Source: Minisyncoccota bacterium (GTDB taxonomy: Bacteria > Patescibacteriota > Minisyncoccia > Phycocordibacterales > VMEP01). From it: a stretch of 64,000 bases of DNA. Below, piece by piece: positions 36,181-45,838 of this stretch. The notes beneath the pieces were generated by a model that worked only from the letters and a program-made list of their open reading frames with translations, ran no database searches and was not told where the DNA came from. The stretch's first letter is position 1. Every line of letters begins with the position of its first letter. Where the stretch lies: the NCBI GenBank assembly GCA_041661305.1, contig JBAZUR010000002.1, forward strand, positions 10,621 to 74,620, written 5' to 3'. The position numbers and the translations under genes are program-made.

Positions 36181-37215
36181 CTACTTCTGTTTTTCCAAAA
36201 ACTCAATTACTTTTTGGTTGGACATAATACCCTCAAGGTATGTTTCTGCGCGTTCACGGTCGGCACCAATGTTGTGTTCAAGAAGGTGTTCTAATTCTTT
36301 TGATAACTCTTCTTTTGGAACTTCGATTTTTTCTGCCTTAGCAATTTCTGAGAGGACAAGTTCTAGTCTTACTCTTTTTTCCGCATCTTTTACCCACTCT
36401 TTCTTGATTTCATCTTCTGTTTTTTTGACGTTTTTCAAATACTCATCAAATTTTAAGCCAAATTTTTCAATATCGTATTGTAGACGGGCAAACATTTTTC
36501 TCTGTTCCTCTTCGATAAGTATTTCTGGTACTTCAACTTCAGTTTTTTCGGCAATAGAATCAAGCATTGCAACACGAAGCTTTTCCTTTTGCATCTGCTC
36601 CTTTTCTAGTTTGATATTTTCTTTTAGTTTTTCACGAAAATCGGCAACATTTTCAAATTTGCCTAAAGTTTTTACAAAATCATCTGTTATTTCTGGAAGT
36701 ACCGGTTCTACCTCGGCGTCTCCTTCGTTAACCTCAATTTTTGGCGTACGCGATTTTTGTATTTCTTTTATAGTGTTTTCAACTTCTTCCTCGGTTACGG
36801 AAATAAGTTCATCCTTAGCTAATTCTTTTTTGGCGATTGATTTATAGTCAGGAAGCTTAACTTCTGGGAAAACGGCCGTTTTTAACTTAAAGGAAAGGGG
36901 ATTACCTTTGGCGATTTTGGTAATGGAAACCTCTGGTCGGCCAATTGGATCAATTTTATGTTCAGTTATGATTTTTGGATAAGCATCTTTTATTGCAAAT
37001 TCAGCCATTTCCTCAAGAACACTCATTTCGCCCATTTTTTGAATAATGTTTGTTTCTCCTGCTTTACCTTTTCGAAAGCCTGGAATGTCTACTTGGTCTG
37101 CTAAGGATTGAACCGCCTTCTTTCTAAAAGACTCGAAAACATCGGAAGGTATTTCGACCTCGATTTCAATTTCTGATTTTTTTAGTTTATTTATTGTTGA
37201 TTTCATAGCGAGCAT
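36181..37215 (-). CDS. tig: Trigger factor (short form)
   Basis: The ribosome-binding N-terminal domain carries GFRKGKAG, followed by a PPIase-like middle region and a C-terminal chaperone arm. The likely start is MKSTINK at 37206. Confidence 0.8.
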   Translation of the reverse strand: MLAMKSTINKLKKSEIEIEVEIPSDVFESFRKKAVQSLADQVDIPGFRKGKAGETNIIQKMGEMSVLEEMAEFAIKDAYPKIITEHKIDPIGRPEVSITKIAKGNPLSFKLKTAVFPEVKLPDYKSIAKKELAKDELISVTEEEVENTIKEIQKSRTPKIEVNEGDAEVEPVLPEITDDFVKTLGKFENVADFREKLKENIKLEKEQMQKEKLRVAMLDSIAEKTEVEVPEILIEEEQRKMFARLQYDIEKFGLKFDEYLKNVKKTEDEIKKEWVKDAEKRVRLELVLSEIAKAEKIEVPKEELSKELEHLLEHNIGADRERAETYLEGIMSNQKVIEFLEKQK

Positions 37216-37244
37216 CCTACCCGAAAATGGTACCTAAAGTCAAA

Positions 37245-37279
37245 ACAAAAATCCGACGATAGTATCGTCGGATTTTTTA
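37245..37279. terminator. Rho-independent terminator between the 37301-37612 gene and tig
   Basis: AAAATCCGACGATAGTATCGTCGGATTTTTT, with a 10-bp stem. Confidence 0.7.
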
Positions 37280-37300
37280 AAACAACTTGTAAAAATATTA

Positions 37301-37612
37301 TTATTGTAGCAACTCAGCTTCTATCCCTTTAACCTCAGCGCTTGTACTAGCGAGAGAATCAAGAGACTGCAAATCTGCTTCAGCTTGAGTAACATCTTCT
37401 GTCGGAAGCGTGGCAGTATTTTCTGTTGGTATAGAAGGAGTAGGTGTAATACCACTAGATTGCCAAACATAATATCCTCCAACGGCGAGAACTAATACGA
37501 TAATGATAATTGCGATTATTCCGCCAACTCCAGCCTTCTCTTCTGGAGCTGGAGTGATTGGGGCTGGATTCATTTCTTGGCTAATCTGGTTTATTTCATT
37601 TACTGGGTCCAT
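37301..37612 (-). CDS. Small single-pass membrane protein
   Basis: 103 aa with one TM helix (GGIIAIIIIVLVLAVGGYYVW) and a Thr/Pro-rich extracellular tail. Confidence 0.3.
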   Translation of the reverse strand: MDPVNEINQISQEMNPAPITPAPEEKAGVGGIIAIIIIVLVLAVGGYYVWQSSGITPTPSIPTENTATLPTEDVTQAEADLQSLDSLASTSAEVKGIEAELLQ

Positions 37613-37648
37613 GTTTTTGTTTTTTTATTAATAAAGGCTACTTAAGTT

Positions 37649-38632
37649 TTATTGTGTTTGGGTTGTTGTTGCGGTTGCAGAGGTTGTTGTCGCGACTGGC
37701 GCACTCTGTTTTTGAGGAGATAGTTTTCTAACTGCTGGTATTACGTTGATACTTAAGTCTTTTCTGGTCTCCTCAATTGCGTTACCTGCTTCATCAGCAG
37801 ATTTCTTCAATTGTTCTGTAGCGGACTTGATACTTTCCTTTGTCACTGTTCCAGAAAGTGAAGAAGCCAACGTTTTTGTTGATGTTACTTTTTGAGTAGC
37901 AATATCGATTTTACTTTGGGCGACAGAGAAGAGTGCTCTTGCGTCTGTTGTGTTTATTCCGTTCTTTTCAAAATTAACCAAGACGCGTTCGAGAGTACTC
38001 TCAGCTCTTGTGATAGCTTCGATTCGAGCGTTTAGGCTATTTATTCTTGTTTCAAAATAACCACGACTAAGCTCAACTCTTTTCTCGGCCAAATTATTGT
38101 TAGCTTCTTTTCTTGCAACAGTTGATGTGGCTTTTTTAAGACCCTCTCTAATGTTTTTTATTCCATCATGGACGCCTTTGGCTTGTTCCCGTGCTTTTTC
38201 AAAGGCTTCTTTTGCATTTTCATACGCATCTTTTTTTGCTTCACGTGCATTTTCATACGCATCTTTTCTTGCCTCTCTAATTCTCTCCAGCTCTTCTTTT
38301 GTGGCTTGAGATGGACTTGAGGTTCCTAAAATTGTGCGAATATTTTGACGAGAATCTTTGGCCTGTTCGCGTGCATTTTCTTGCGCATCCTTAAATGTTT
38401 CTCGTGCATTTTCCTGCTGTTTTTTTAATGCCTCACGTTTTGCTTCTTGTGCTCTTTTTAATTCTTCAAAAGCGGCCTGCTTAGCTTTAATTGAGTCTGG
38501 CGTTTCAGATGGTTGTGTCGTTGAAACAGCTGAAACAGATGTGACTGCTGGTACAGCAGTTGTTTCCTCAGCAAAAGCTACTGAAACAAAAACTAAACTG
38601 AACGCTAATACGGAAATAATTTTTTTATTCAT
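37649..38632 (-). CDS. Secreted coiled-coil protein with tandem KDAYENAREAKK-type repeats
   Basis: Signal peptide, then repeated AKKDAYENA(R/K)EA units, with a matching tandem DNA repeat near 38170-38290. The C-terminus is Thr-rich. Confidence 0.35.
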   Translation of the reverse strand: MNKKIISVLAFSLVFVSVAFAEETTAVPAVTSVSAVSTTQPSETPDSIKAKQAAFEELKRAQEAKREALKKQQENARETFKDAQENAREQAKDSRQNIRTILGTSSPSQATKEELERIREARKDAYENAREAKKDAYENAKEAFEKAREQAKGVHDGIKNIREGLKKATSTVARKEANNNLAEKRVELSRGYFETRINSLNARIEAITRAESTLERVLVNFEKNGINTTDARALFSVAQSKIDIATQKVTSTKTLASSLSGTVTKESIKSATEQLKKSADEAGNAIEETRKDLSINVIPAVRKLSPQKQSAPVATTTSATATTTQTQ

Positions 38633-38686
38633 AAAATGTAAATATTATTAATAATTAACAATGAAATCGATTGTCGTTAAGTATAG

Positions 38687-38721
38687 CAAAAAAGAGCTAT
38701 CTTAGTGATAGCTCTTTTTTG
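38687..38721. terminator. Bidirectional rho-independent terminator between ppa and the coiled-coil gene
   Basis: AAAAAAGAGCTATCTTAGTGATAGCTCTTTTTTG. Confidence 0.7.
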
Positions 38722-38744
38722 TGGAAAAGTATTAATCTCTAGAA

Positions 38745-39275
38745 TTACTCTATTTTGCCGTATTTTTCTTGATACAATTCAACCGAACGATCAAAAGCTT
38801 CCATTGCTTTGTTTTTGTCTTGCCAGTCACCAACAGTTACTTTTTTATTCTGCAATTCTTTATAAACAGTAAAAAAGTGTTTTATTTCTTCGAGTAGGTG
38901 CGGTTCGATGCTGTCGATATTGAGTGTATTTGCAAATCTTGGGTCATCTGCTGGAACAGCGAGTATTTTTGCGTCATCATCACCACCGTCGTTCATAGGC
39001 AAAACGCCTAACGGGCGAGCCTTTACAAGACACCCTGGAATAAAAGCTTCATGAGCGATAACCAAAACGTCGAGTGGGTCTCCATCATCCCAAAGAGTAT
39101 TTGGAACAAATCCATAATTTGCCGGATAGTGCATTGGGGAATACAGAACGCGATCAAATTTAATCAGTCCTGTTTCTTTGTCGAGCTCATATTTAACGCG
39201 AGAAAGTTTTGGGATTTCAACAACCACGTTCATATGTTCTTTTGTCCCAGGTTTTACGTCATGCCAAATGTTCAT
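38745..39275 (-). CDS. ppa: Inorganic pyrophosphatase
   Basis: VVVEIPKLSRVKYE..., ...YPANYGFVPNT and ...DGDPLDVLV match family I PPase. Confidence 0.9.
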   Translation of the reverse strand: MNIWHDVKPGTKEHMNVVVEIPKLSRVKYELDKETGLIKFDRVLYSPMHYPANYGFVPNTLWDDGDPLDVLVIAHEAFIPGCLVKARPLGVLPMNDGGDDDAKILAVPADDPRFANTLNIDSIEPHLLEEIKHFFTVYKELQNKKVTVGDWQDKNKAMEAFDRSVELYQEKYGKIE

Positions 39276-39323
39276 GTTTTTAAAGGTTATTTTTAAGGTT
39301 TTATTTTGTTGAGCGAGAATCCT

Positions 39324-40556
39324 TTATTCTAACACCTCTTTTAGTGGTTCTTCTTCTCCTGGAATGTTTTCTGGTGCGCCAAATTCAGCTTTTGCATCGT
39401 CGGACATTTCGATAACATCACCGTCTGTTTTTAAGATTTCTTCTCCCTTAGTACTAACAATATCTATTCTCCAGCCGGTTAGTTTGTTTGCGAGGCGGAC
39501 ATTTTGACCACCCTTACCGATAGCAAGCGACAATTGATCCTCCGAAACTTCAACGCGTGCTTGGCGCTCTGTTTCGTCGATTAGAACACTAGTAACTCGT
39601 GCTGGGGACAAAGCATCAGCAACAAAGCGCTTTGGGTCTTCTGACCATTCAATAATGTCTATTTTTTCTCCAGAAAGTTCTTGAATAACAGTTGATACAC
39701 GAACTCCACGTTGTCCAACACAGGCTCCAATAGGATCTACGTGCTGGTCTGTCGAAGAAACTGCAATTTTTGAGCGTGAGCCAGCTTCGCGAGCAACAGC
39801 TTTGATCAAAACAACGTCGTTGGCAATTTCTGGAGACTCTAATTTAAAGAGTTCTTCAATAAAACGAGGGTGGGTACGTGATAGTTTTATGTTAATTCCA
39901 CGAGGTGTTTCCTCAACTGCATATAAGTAAGCTCGAATACGTTCGCCACGGCGATAAAATTCACCAGGGATTTGTTCTTCCATTGGTAAAATAGCCGTTG
40001 TTCTTCCGAGGTCTAAGAAAGCGTTTCCGCGCTCTATTCTCTGAACGATTCCAGAGATAATTGTTCCTTGCTTGTCTGAGTACTCCTCCAAAACAGAGAA
40101 TTTTTCAGCTTCTCTAATGCGCTGAATGATAACTTGCTTGGCGCTTTGTGCGGCGATTCGGCCGTAATCATCTTTTGTTTCAAGAGGAAACACTATCTCT
40201 TCGCCCAAAACAGCATCCTTTTTTATTTTCTTAGCATCTTCAAGGAAAATATGGTGCTCAGGATTATAGCGCTCGCGGATGTCTTCAGAATCCTTTATTT
40301 TCTCTTCCTCTGAAGCATCTTCTGGAATAGGGTCTTTAACAGTTGTTTCGTCGGCAATTATTTTTACCTGGAGAAAATCTGTTGAACCAGTGTCCAAGTC
40401 AAAATGAGCCCGAACAATCTGGCCTTTTTTCCCGTAATCACGACGATAAGCCGCAGCAAGGGCTTGTTCAATAGCGTCTATTATTTTCTCTCTTGGAATT
40501 TTACGCTCTTCCTCAAGTTGCTCGAGAGCTGATTTTAAAACCTTTAAATCCATCAT
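39324..40556 (-). CDS. nusA: Transcription termination/antitermination factor NusA
   Basis: N-terminal domain, S1 domain and two KH domains in 410 aa. Confidence 0.9.
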   Translation of the reverse strand: MMDLKVLKSALEQLEEERKIPREKIIDAIEQALAAAYRRDYGKKGQIVRAHFDLDTGSTDFLQVKIIADETTVKDPIPEDASEEEKIKDSEDIRERYNPEHHIFLEDAKKIKKDAVLGEEIVFPLETKDDYGRIAAQSAKQVIIQRIREAEKFSVLEEYSDKQGTIISGIVQRIERGNAFLDLGRTTAILPMEEQIPGEFYRRGERIRAYLYAVEETPRGINIKLSRTHPRFIEELFKLESPEIANDVVLIKAVAREAGSRSKIAVSSTDQHVDPIGACVGQRGVRVSTVIQELSGEKIDIIEWSEDPKRFVADALSPARVTSVLIDETERQARVEVSEDQLSLAIGKGGQNVRLANKLTGWRIDIVSTKGEEILKTDGDVIEMSDDAKAEFGAPENIPGEEEPLKEVLE

Positions 40557-40699
40557 ATAGTAGATAATTCTTTAAATTTTTTGATAAAAAAATGCCCGTT
40601 TTTGACGGACTTGTTACTTGTTGAATGATACCAGTTTTTCCAAAAAAAGCAAATTTGGTGTATCTTATGCTCTGGTGATTCAAGCCCCTCTACAAAGGA

Positions 40700-41062
40700 G
40701 TGATATTGATGATTAAGTTCTTTGTTTCTGTCGTTATGATGGTGGTCGGAGTTTCTGCGTTTGCATTACCACCTTGGACCGGCGTTGAGGGTCCCGATGG
40801 AATTGTTGGCAAAATTCCTTTTACTGTTAAGTCAAACACGTTGCTAATTTCTTTCGACGCTTGGAGTTGCGTGATTAAGAAAACTGAAGAGGGAAGAATA
40901 GCAATGCGTTGCGTACATCCAATAGAAGGAGTTCAGGATTTTTCTGGAAGGGAGTATTTAATAAAGCGGTGTCCAGATAGTCCAGCTTACGTAAAATGGA
41001 AAAGCGGTAATAGTATCGACCCAGAATACTTCCTTCATTTATATAAAGAAGGATGTGGTTAG
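40700..41062 (+). CDS. Small secreted Cys-containing hypothetical protein
   Basis: Signal peptide and four Cys. It lies upstream of pilB, and a terminator-like hairpin follows it at 41064-41119. Confidence 0.3.
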   Translation: MILMIKFFVSVVMMVVGVSAFALPPWTGVEGPDGIVGKIPFTVKSNTLLISFDAWSCVIKKTEEGRIAMRCVHPIEGVQDFSGREYLIKRCPDSPAYVKWKSGNSIDPEYFLHLYKEGCG

Positions 41063-41191
41063 AATACCCCAGAAGTTAGTGGTTCTTTTTTGAATCAACA
41101 CTGAGGGGTATTTTTTTTGTATAAATTTTTCAAAGAGGAAATGCACACACGTTTTCGTTAAATCTTGCTATAATTTAAAGAACATTCTTCA

Positions 41192-42943
41192 ATGAACCTT
41201 GACGAAGCACAATTAAAAAAATTTATTCTTGATTCTGGTCTTGTTTCGCGTGCGGACATGGAGGCCATTGAGAAAAAATTTAAGAAAAAAGGACAGTCAC
41301 TTAGTGACGCACTTCTTTCTGAGGGAAAAATATCAGAAAATGATTTAAAAAGAACAGAAGCATACATCCTCGGAATACCATATATAAGTTTGAAGGGAGA
41401 AAAAATAGAGTTCTCAGTTCTTTCTTTAATCCCTGAACCAGTAGCAAGGCATCATAATATTGTTTCTTATAAAAAAACTGCGACAGAACTCGAGGTCGCT
41501 ATGCTTGATGCTGATGACCTTGAGGCAATAGAGTTTATTAAAAAGAAAACAGGATTAAAAATTTTGCCACGCCTAACAGATACAGAGTCTATTAAAGGAG
41601 TACTTCTTCAGTATCAAAAAAGTCTTAAGGCGGAGTTTGATGACATTATTCAAAAAGAGGCGAGTACTCTAAAGCTTATTGCAGAGGATGGTGGTGAAGA
41701 TATTTCGGAAAAAGAATTAAAAAAGCTTGCTGAAGATTTGCCTGTTGTGCGTATTGTCGACACGCTTTTAAATCACGCCATTATTCAAGATGCTTCCGAT
41801 ATCCATATCGAGCCTCAAGATGGTCAGCTTTTGGTGCGTTATCGTGTGGACGGAATTTTACGCGACGCAATGGTTTTACCAAAAACAGCAGGACCTGGAA
41901 TTGTTGCGCGTATAAAAGTTCTTTCAAATCTAAAGCTGGACGAAAAACGTCTTCCCCAAGACGGACGATTTAAAATAAATTTAAGCGACCAGAATGTTTC
42001 TTTTCGTGTTTCAACACTGCCAACTTATTTTGGTGAAAAGACAGTCATGCGCCTTTTGAAAGAGTCTGTTTCCGGTTTTACACTTGAAGGACTTGGTTTT
42101 CATGGCGACGGACTTGAGCAGATTCATTCTGCTACACGACAAACAGTTGGAATGATTTTGGCGACAGGACCTACTGGTTCTGGAAAAACAACAACTCTGT
42201 ATACAATTTTGGATATTGTTAATACCCCAGATGTAAATATCTCAACAGTCGAAGATCCAATTGAATATCAAATGAAGCGTATTAATCAGACGCAAGTTAA
42301 GCCAGAAATTGGTCTCACTTTTGCAAATGGTTTACGTTCCCTCGTTCGACAAGACCCAGACATCATTATGGTGGGGGAAATTCGAGACAACGAAACAGCC
42401 TCACTCGCCATTAATGCAGCTTTAACCGGACACCTTGTCCTCTCGACACTCCACACCAACTCCGCAGCTGGAGCCATGCCACGTTTACTTGAGATGGGAG
42501 TAGAGCCGTTTCTTCTGACATCGACCCTCGATGTTGTTTTAGCTCAGCGATTGGTCCGCAGACTTTGTTCCCAAAAAGAAAAATACAATCTTTCTGATTT
42601 GGAGTTACGTAATTTAGGGAAGTTGGTTGACCTTGAGCGAATGCTTAAGTTTTTACGTGAGGAAAAAATTATTGGACCGAAAGATGGTTGGGATAAGGTA
42701 TCTTTTTATAAACCAATGAAGTCGGCAGAATGTGAAGAAGGGTACAAGGGGCGAATCGGAATACACGAAGTGCTTAAGGTGACCCCGACGATTAAAGAAC
42801 TTATCTTAAAAGGCGCGACTTCGGACGAAATTGAATCGCAGGCAAAAAAGGAGGGAATGATGACAATGCTTGAGGACGGAATATTTTTTGCGGCACAGGG
42901 TGTTACAACGATTGAAGAGGTTTTGCGTGTCGTCTCGGAATAA
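41192..42943 (+). CDS. pilB: Type IV pilus assembly ATPase PilB / GspE family
   Basis: N-terminal GSPII_E_N-like region. Walker A motif GPTGSGKTTT, plus Asp and His boxes and a tetracysteine-like C-terminal region. Confidence 0.9.
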   Translation: MNLDEAQLKKFILDSGLVSRADMEAIEKKFKKKGQSLSDALLSEGKISENDLKRTEAYILGIPYISLKGEKIEFSVLSLIPEPVARHHNIVSYKKTATELEVAMLDADDLEAIEFIKKKTGLKILPRLTDTESIKGVLLQYQKSLKAEFDDIIQKEASTLKLIAEDGGEDISEKELKKLAEDLPVVRIVDTLLNHAIIQDASDIHIEPQDGQLLVRYRVDGILRDAMVLPKTAGPGIVARIKVLSNLKLDEKRLPQDGRFKINLSDQNVSFRVSTLPTYFGEKTVMRLLKESVSGFTLEGLGFHGDGLEQIHSATRQTVGMILATGPTGSGKTTTLYTILDIVNTPDVNISTVEDPIEYQMKRINQTQVKPEIGLTFANGLRSLVRQDPDIIMVGEIRDNETASLAINAALTGHLVLSTLHTNSAAGAMPRLLEMGVEPFLLTSTLDVVLAQRLVRRLCSQKEKYNLSDLELRNLGKLVDLERMLKFLREEKIIGPKDGWDKVSFYKPMKSAECEEGYKGRIGIHEVLKVTPTIKELILKGATSDEIESQAKKEGMMTMLEDGIFFAAQGVTTIEEVLRVVSE

Positions 42944-42951
42944 TTTAAATA

Positions 42952-44166
42952 ATGAGATTTTTTTATAAAGCAAAAACTGAGAAAGGCGTAATTGAAAACG
43001 GCTATTTAGAAGCTCCTGATCAGATTTCATTGGAGGGTATTTTACGCGAACGGAAACAAACTTTGGTTTTTGTTAGGGAAGAAAAAAAGTTGGCGTTTTT
43101 TGATATTACGACCCTTAATAACATGTTTGTTTTTGTGAAGCTTCATGACAAGATTATTTTTACAAGAAATCTTTCCGTGATGCTTTCGGCTGGGCTACCA
43201 CTCGCAAGATCACTGAGTATTTTGGGGAAGCAAACAAAAAATTATAAGTTTAAGATTGCCTTAGATAGCTTACTTGAGGATATTAATTCTGGAATGGGAT
43301 TGAGTGATGGAATGAAAAAGTTCCCAGCAATTTTCTCTAACCTTTTTGTATCTATGGTTAAAGCAGGAGAAGAGTCTGGTAGTTTGCCACAAGCTTTGCG
43401 TTCTGTTGGTGAGCAGTTGGATCGAACTTATACAATAAATAGAAAAGTAAGAGGAGCTCTTACTTATCCAGCGATAATCCTAATTGCGATTTTTGGAATT
43501 GCTATCTTGATGCTTATCTATGTTGTTCCTACTATTACGAAAACATTTGCCGATTTACATGTCGAGCTTCCTGGAAGCACTCAGTTTATAATTAATATTA
43601 GTTCTTTTCTGGTTAATCACACTACTACGTTTATTCTAGGGTTAGCTGGTTTCATTATGGCAGCTTACTTTGCGATAAAATCACGACGTGGAGGAATAGT
43701 TGTGAGTTTTATCGCGATGAAATTTCCTGTTATTGGAACAATTGTTCAAGAATTTAATTCGGCCAGAGCAGCGAGAACACTATCGTCACTCTTTTCTTCC
43801 GGGGTCCCTGTTCAACAAGCAATTTCAATTGCTGCAGATGTTATGCAAAATGTTTACTTTAAGGCGGTGCTTGTTGAAGCCGGGGAAAAAGTAGAAAAAG
43901 GAGCAACTCTATCCTCTGTTTTTAAAAGTCACTCCAATCTTTATCCAGTTATTGTGGGAGAAATGATTGAGGTTGGAGAGGAGACAGGAAAGCTTGCGGA
44001 GATGCTTATGAACGTAGCTGTTTTTTATGAAGAAGAGGTTGAGGCTGCTACAAAAGATTTGTCTACAATAATAGAGCCACTTCTAATGATTGTGATTGGA
44101 GCAGCTGTTGGTTTCTTTGCAGTTTCTATGATTACACCGATGTATTCCGTTATGTCAGGAATTTAA
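42952..44166 (+). CDS. pilC: Type IV pilus inner-membrane platform protein PilC / GspF family
   Basis: 404 aa with two GspF repeats and three TM segments, immediately after pilB. Confidence 0.9.
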   Translation: MRFFYKAKTEKGVIENGYLEAPDQISLEGILRERKQTLVFVREEKKLAFFDITTLNNMFVFVKLHDKIIFTRNLSVMLSAGLPLARSLSILGKQTKNYKFKIALDSLLEDINSGMGLSDGMKKFPAIFSNLFVSMVKAGEESGSLPQALRSVGEQLDRTYTINRKVRGALTYPAIILIAIFGIAILMLIYVVPTITKTFADLHVELPGSTQFIINISSFLVNHTTTFILGLAGFIMAAYFAIKSRRGGIVVSFIAMKFPVIGTIVQEFNSARAARTLSSLFSSGVPVQQAISIAADVMQNVYFKAVLVEAGEKVEKGATLSSVFKSHSNLYPVIVGEMIEVGEETGKLAEMLMNVAVFYEEEVEAATKDLSTIIEPLLMIVIGAAVGFFAVSMITPMYSVMSGI

Positions 44167-44200
44167 GGGGAAGATTAAGACGTGGTTTCGAGTTTAAATT

Positions 44201-44692
44201 TTGTTAATGAAAATATTCACACAACAATTAAAGAAGAACAAAAAAGGATTTACCTTAACAGAACTCCTTGTCGTAATCGCTGTTATGGCACTTATCGGGA
44301 GTATTGTTTGGGGAGGATTGTCTAACTACAGAGATGTTCAAGCTCTTCAAAGCACTACTGACGTAATTGTTGCAACATTAGGCGAGGCTCGTTCACGGGC
44401 TATTTCTTCTGTGGAGGCAATACAGTACGGAGTGCACTTTGAAGAAAAAAGTATTGTTATGTTTGAGGGGAGTCAGTACTCAGCTTCTAGCGCAAGCAAC
44501 ACAACGACTGTTTTGAGTAACGCAATTTCCGTCTCCTCAAGTGGACTAACCTCATCATCAACCGAAATTGTTTTTGAAAAAATTACAGGAAAAGGAAGCG
44601 CTTCAGGACAGATAACAGTGTCTTTGTCGGCAAATGAAGATAAAAACTTTGTGATTATTGTTGAACCAATCGGGATTGCGTATCGAAAATAA
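44201..44692 (+). CDS. Type IV prepilin (major pilin candidate)
   Basis: Class III signal KKG|FTLTELLVVIAVMALIG, with Glu at +5. Confidence 0.75.
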   Translation: MLMKIFTQQLKKNKKGFTLTELLVVIAVMALIGSIVWGGLSNYRDVQALQSTTDVIVATLGEARSRAISSVEAIQYGVHFEEKSIVMFEGSQYSASSASNTTTVLSNAISVSSSGLTSSSTEIVFEKITGKGSASGQITVSLSANEDKNFVIIVEPIGIAYRK

Positions 44693-44695
44693 AAA

Positions 44696-45178
44696 ATGAC
44701 AAGAAATTTTAAAAAAATGAATGGCTTTGGTTTGATTGAGGTTGTTATTGGAATAGCAATAATTTCTACTTCTCTATTTGCGATTATGTCAGCGGCAAGA
44801 GGAGCTCTTGATTTAAATCGCCGAACGATCGCAGATATTAAAAGTAAGTTTGTTTTAGACGAGGGGAGTGAGGTGTTACGCTTTATGCGAGATAACGCGT
44901 GGAATAATATTGGCGGACTTTCCACTTCAACTGTTTATTACTTAGCAACAACGACAACCGGTTGGATAGCAACAACATCTCCTCAAATGATTGACGGAAC
45001 TTTTTTGAGAATTTTTAAGATTGAAGATGTTTCCCGTGGGCCCGACGGTAAAATTTCTGAAAATGGAAGCTATGATAGTGGTACAAAAAAAATTACAGTT
45101 TCAGTTTCGTTCAAAGATCGTTTTAGTACAACAACAAAACAAACCATATTTTACTTAACTGATATTTTTAGCGATTGA
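44696..45178 (+). CDS. Type IV prepilin-like protein (minor pilin or pseudopilin)
   Basis: MNG|FGLIEVVIGIAII, with Glu at +5. Confidence 0.7.
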   Translation: MTRNFKKMNGFGLIEVVIGIAIISTSLFAIMSAARGALDLNRRTIADIKSKFVLDEGSEVLRFMRDNAWNNIGGLSTSTVYYLATTTTGWIATTSPQMIDGTFLRIFKIEDVSRGPDGKISENGSYDSGTKKITVSVSFKDRFSTTTKQTIFYLTDIFSD

Positions 45179-45179
45179 T

Positions 45180-45695
45180 ATGAAAATAGGGAAAAAAAAT
45201 AATTCTGGAGGATATACTTTGGCGGAAATGCTGGGGTATCTTTTTGCTCTCAGTATTATTTCTGTTTTAGTCATCAATTCTCTTTTGTTGTTGGCAAAAG
45301 CTTTTGTTTCTATGAAAACATCGCGAGCGATTGGAACAAGCGCGGTTGTTTCCATTGACCAGATAACAAAAGAAATAAGAAGTGCGGAAAGTGTTTCTCC
45401 TTTGAGTGTTTTAAAAACAAGTCCTGGTAAATTAGTTTTGATTATGCCAGAAGGGTCGCCAACAACTACTGTTGAATTTTCTTTAGGGAATTCAAACGCG
45501 CTTCACAAATTTGAAAATGGTATTGACCAAGGTGTTTTAATCGCAACAGGTACCGATATTTCCAATTTAGTTTTTAACGTAGCAACAACAACTAAGAGTA
45601 CTGCCGTATCTGTTGAAATGACAATCCGTGACAGCACAGAAAAAACCAAAATAATCGAAAGGTTTTATGGAACTGCGACAGTTAGAACTTATTAA
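45180..45695 (+). CDS. Type IV prepilin-like protein (minor pilin)
   Basis: SGG|YTLAEMLGYLFAL, with Glu at +5. Confidence 0.65.
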   Translation: MKIGKKNNSGGYTLAEMLGYLFALSIISVLVINSLLLLAKAFVSMKTSRAIGTSAVVSIDQITKEIRSAESVSPLSVLKTSPGKLVLIMPEGSPTTTVEFSLGNSNALHKFENGIDQGVLIATGTDISNLVFNVATTTKSTAVSVEMTIRDSTEKTKIIERFYGTATVRTY

Positions 45696-45838
45696 TATAA
45701 ATAGGACATACACAAATGGCGCATTTCTTTGTCATTCTGCGGAAAATGTCGTTCAGTGTATACTTAATACACATCAATCCATTCTCCTTGAACTCCTCGA
45801 ACTGCATCCATTTGAGTAAGTCCTAATAAAATATAAAA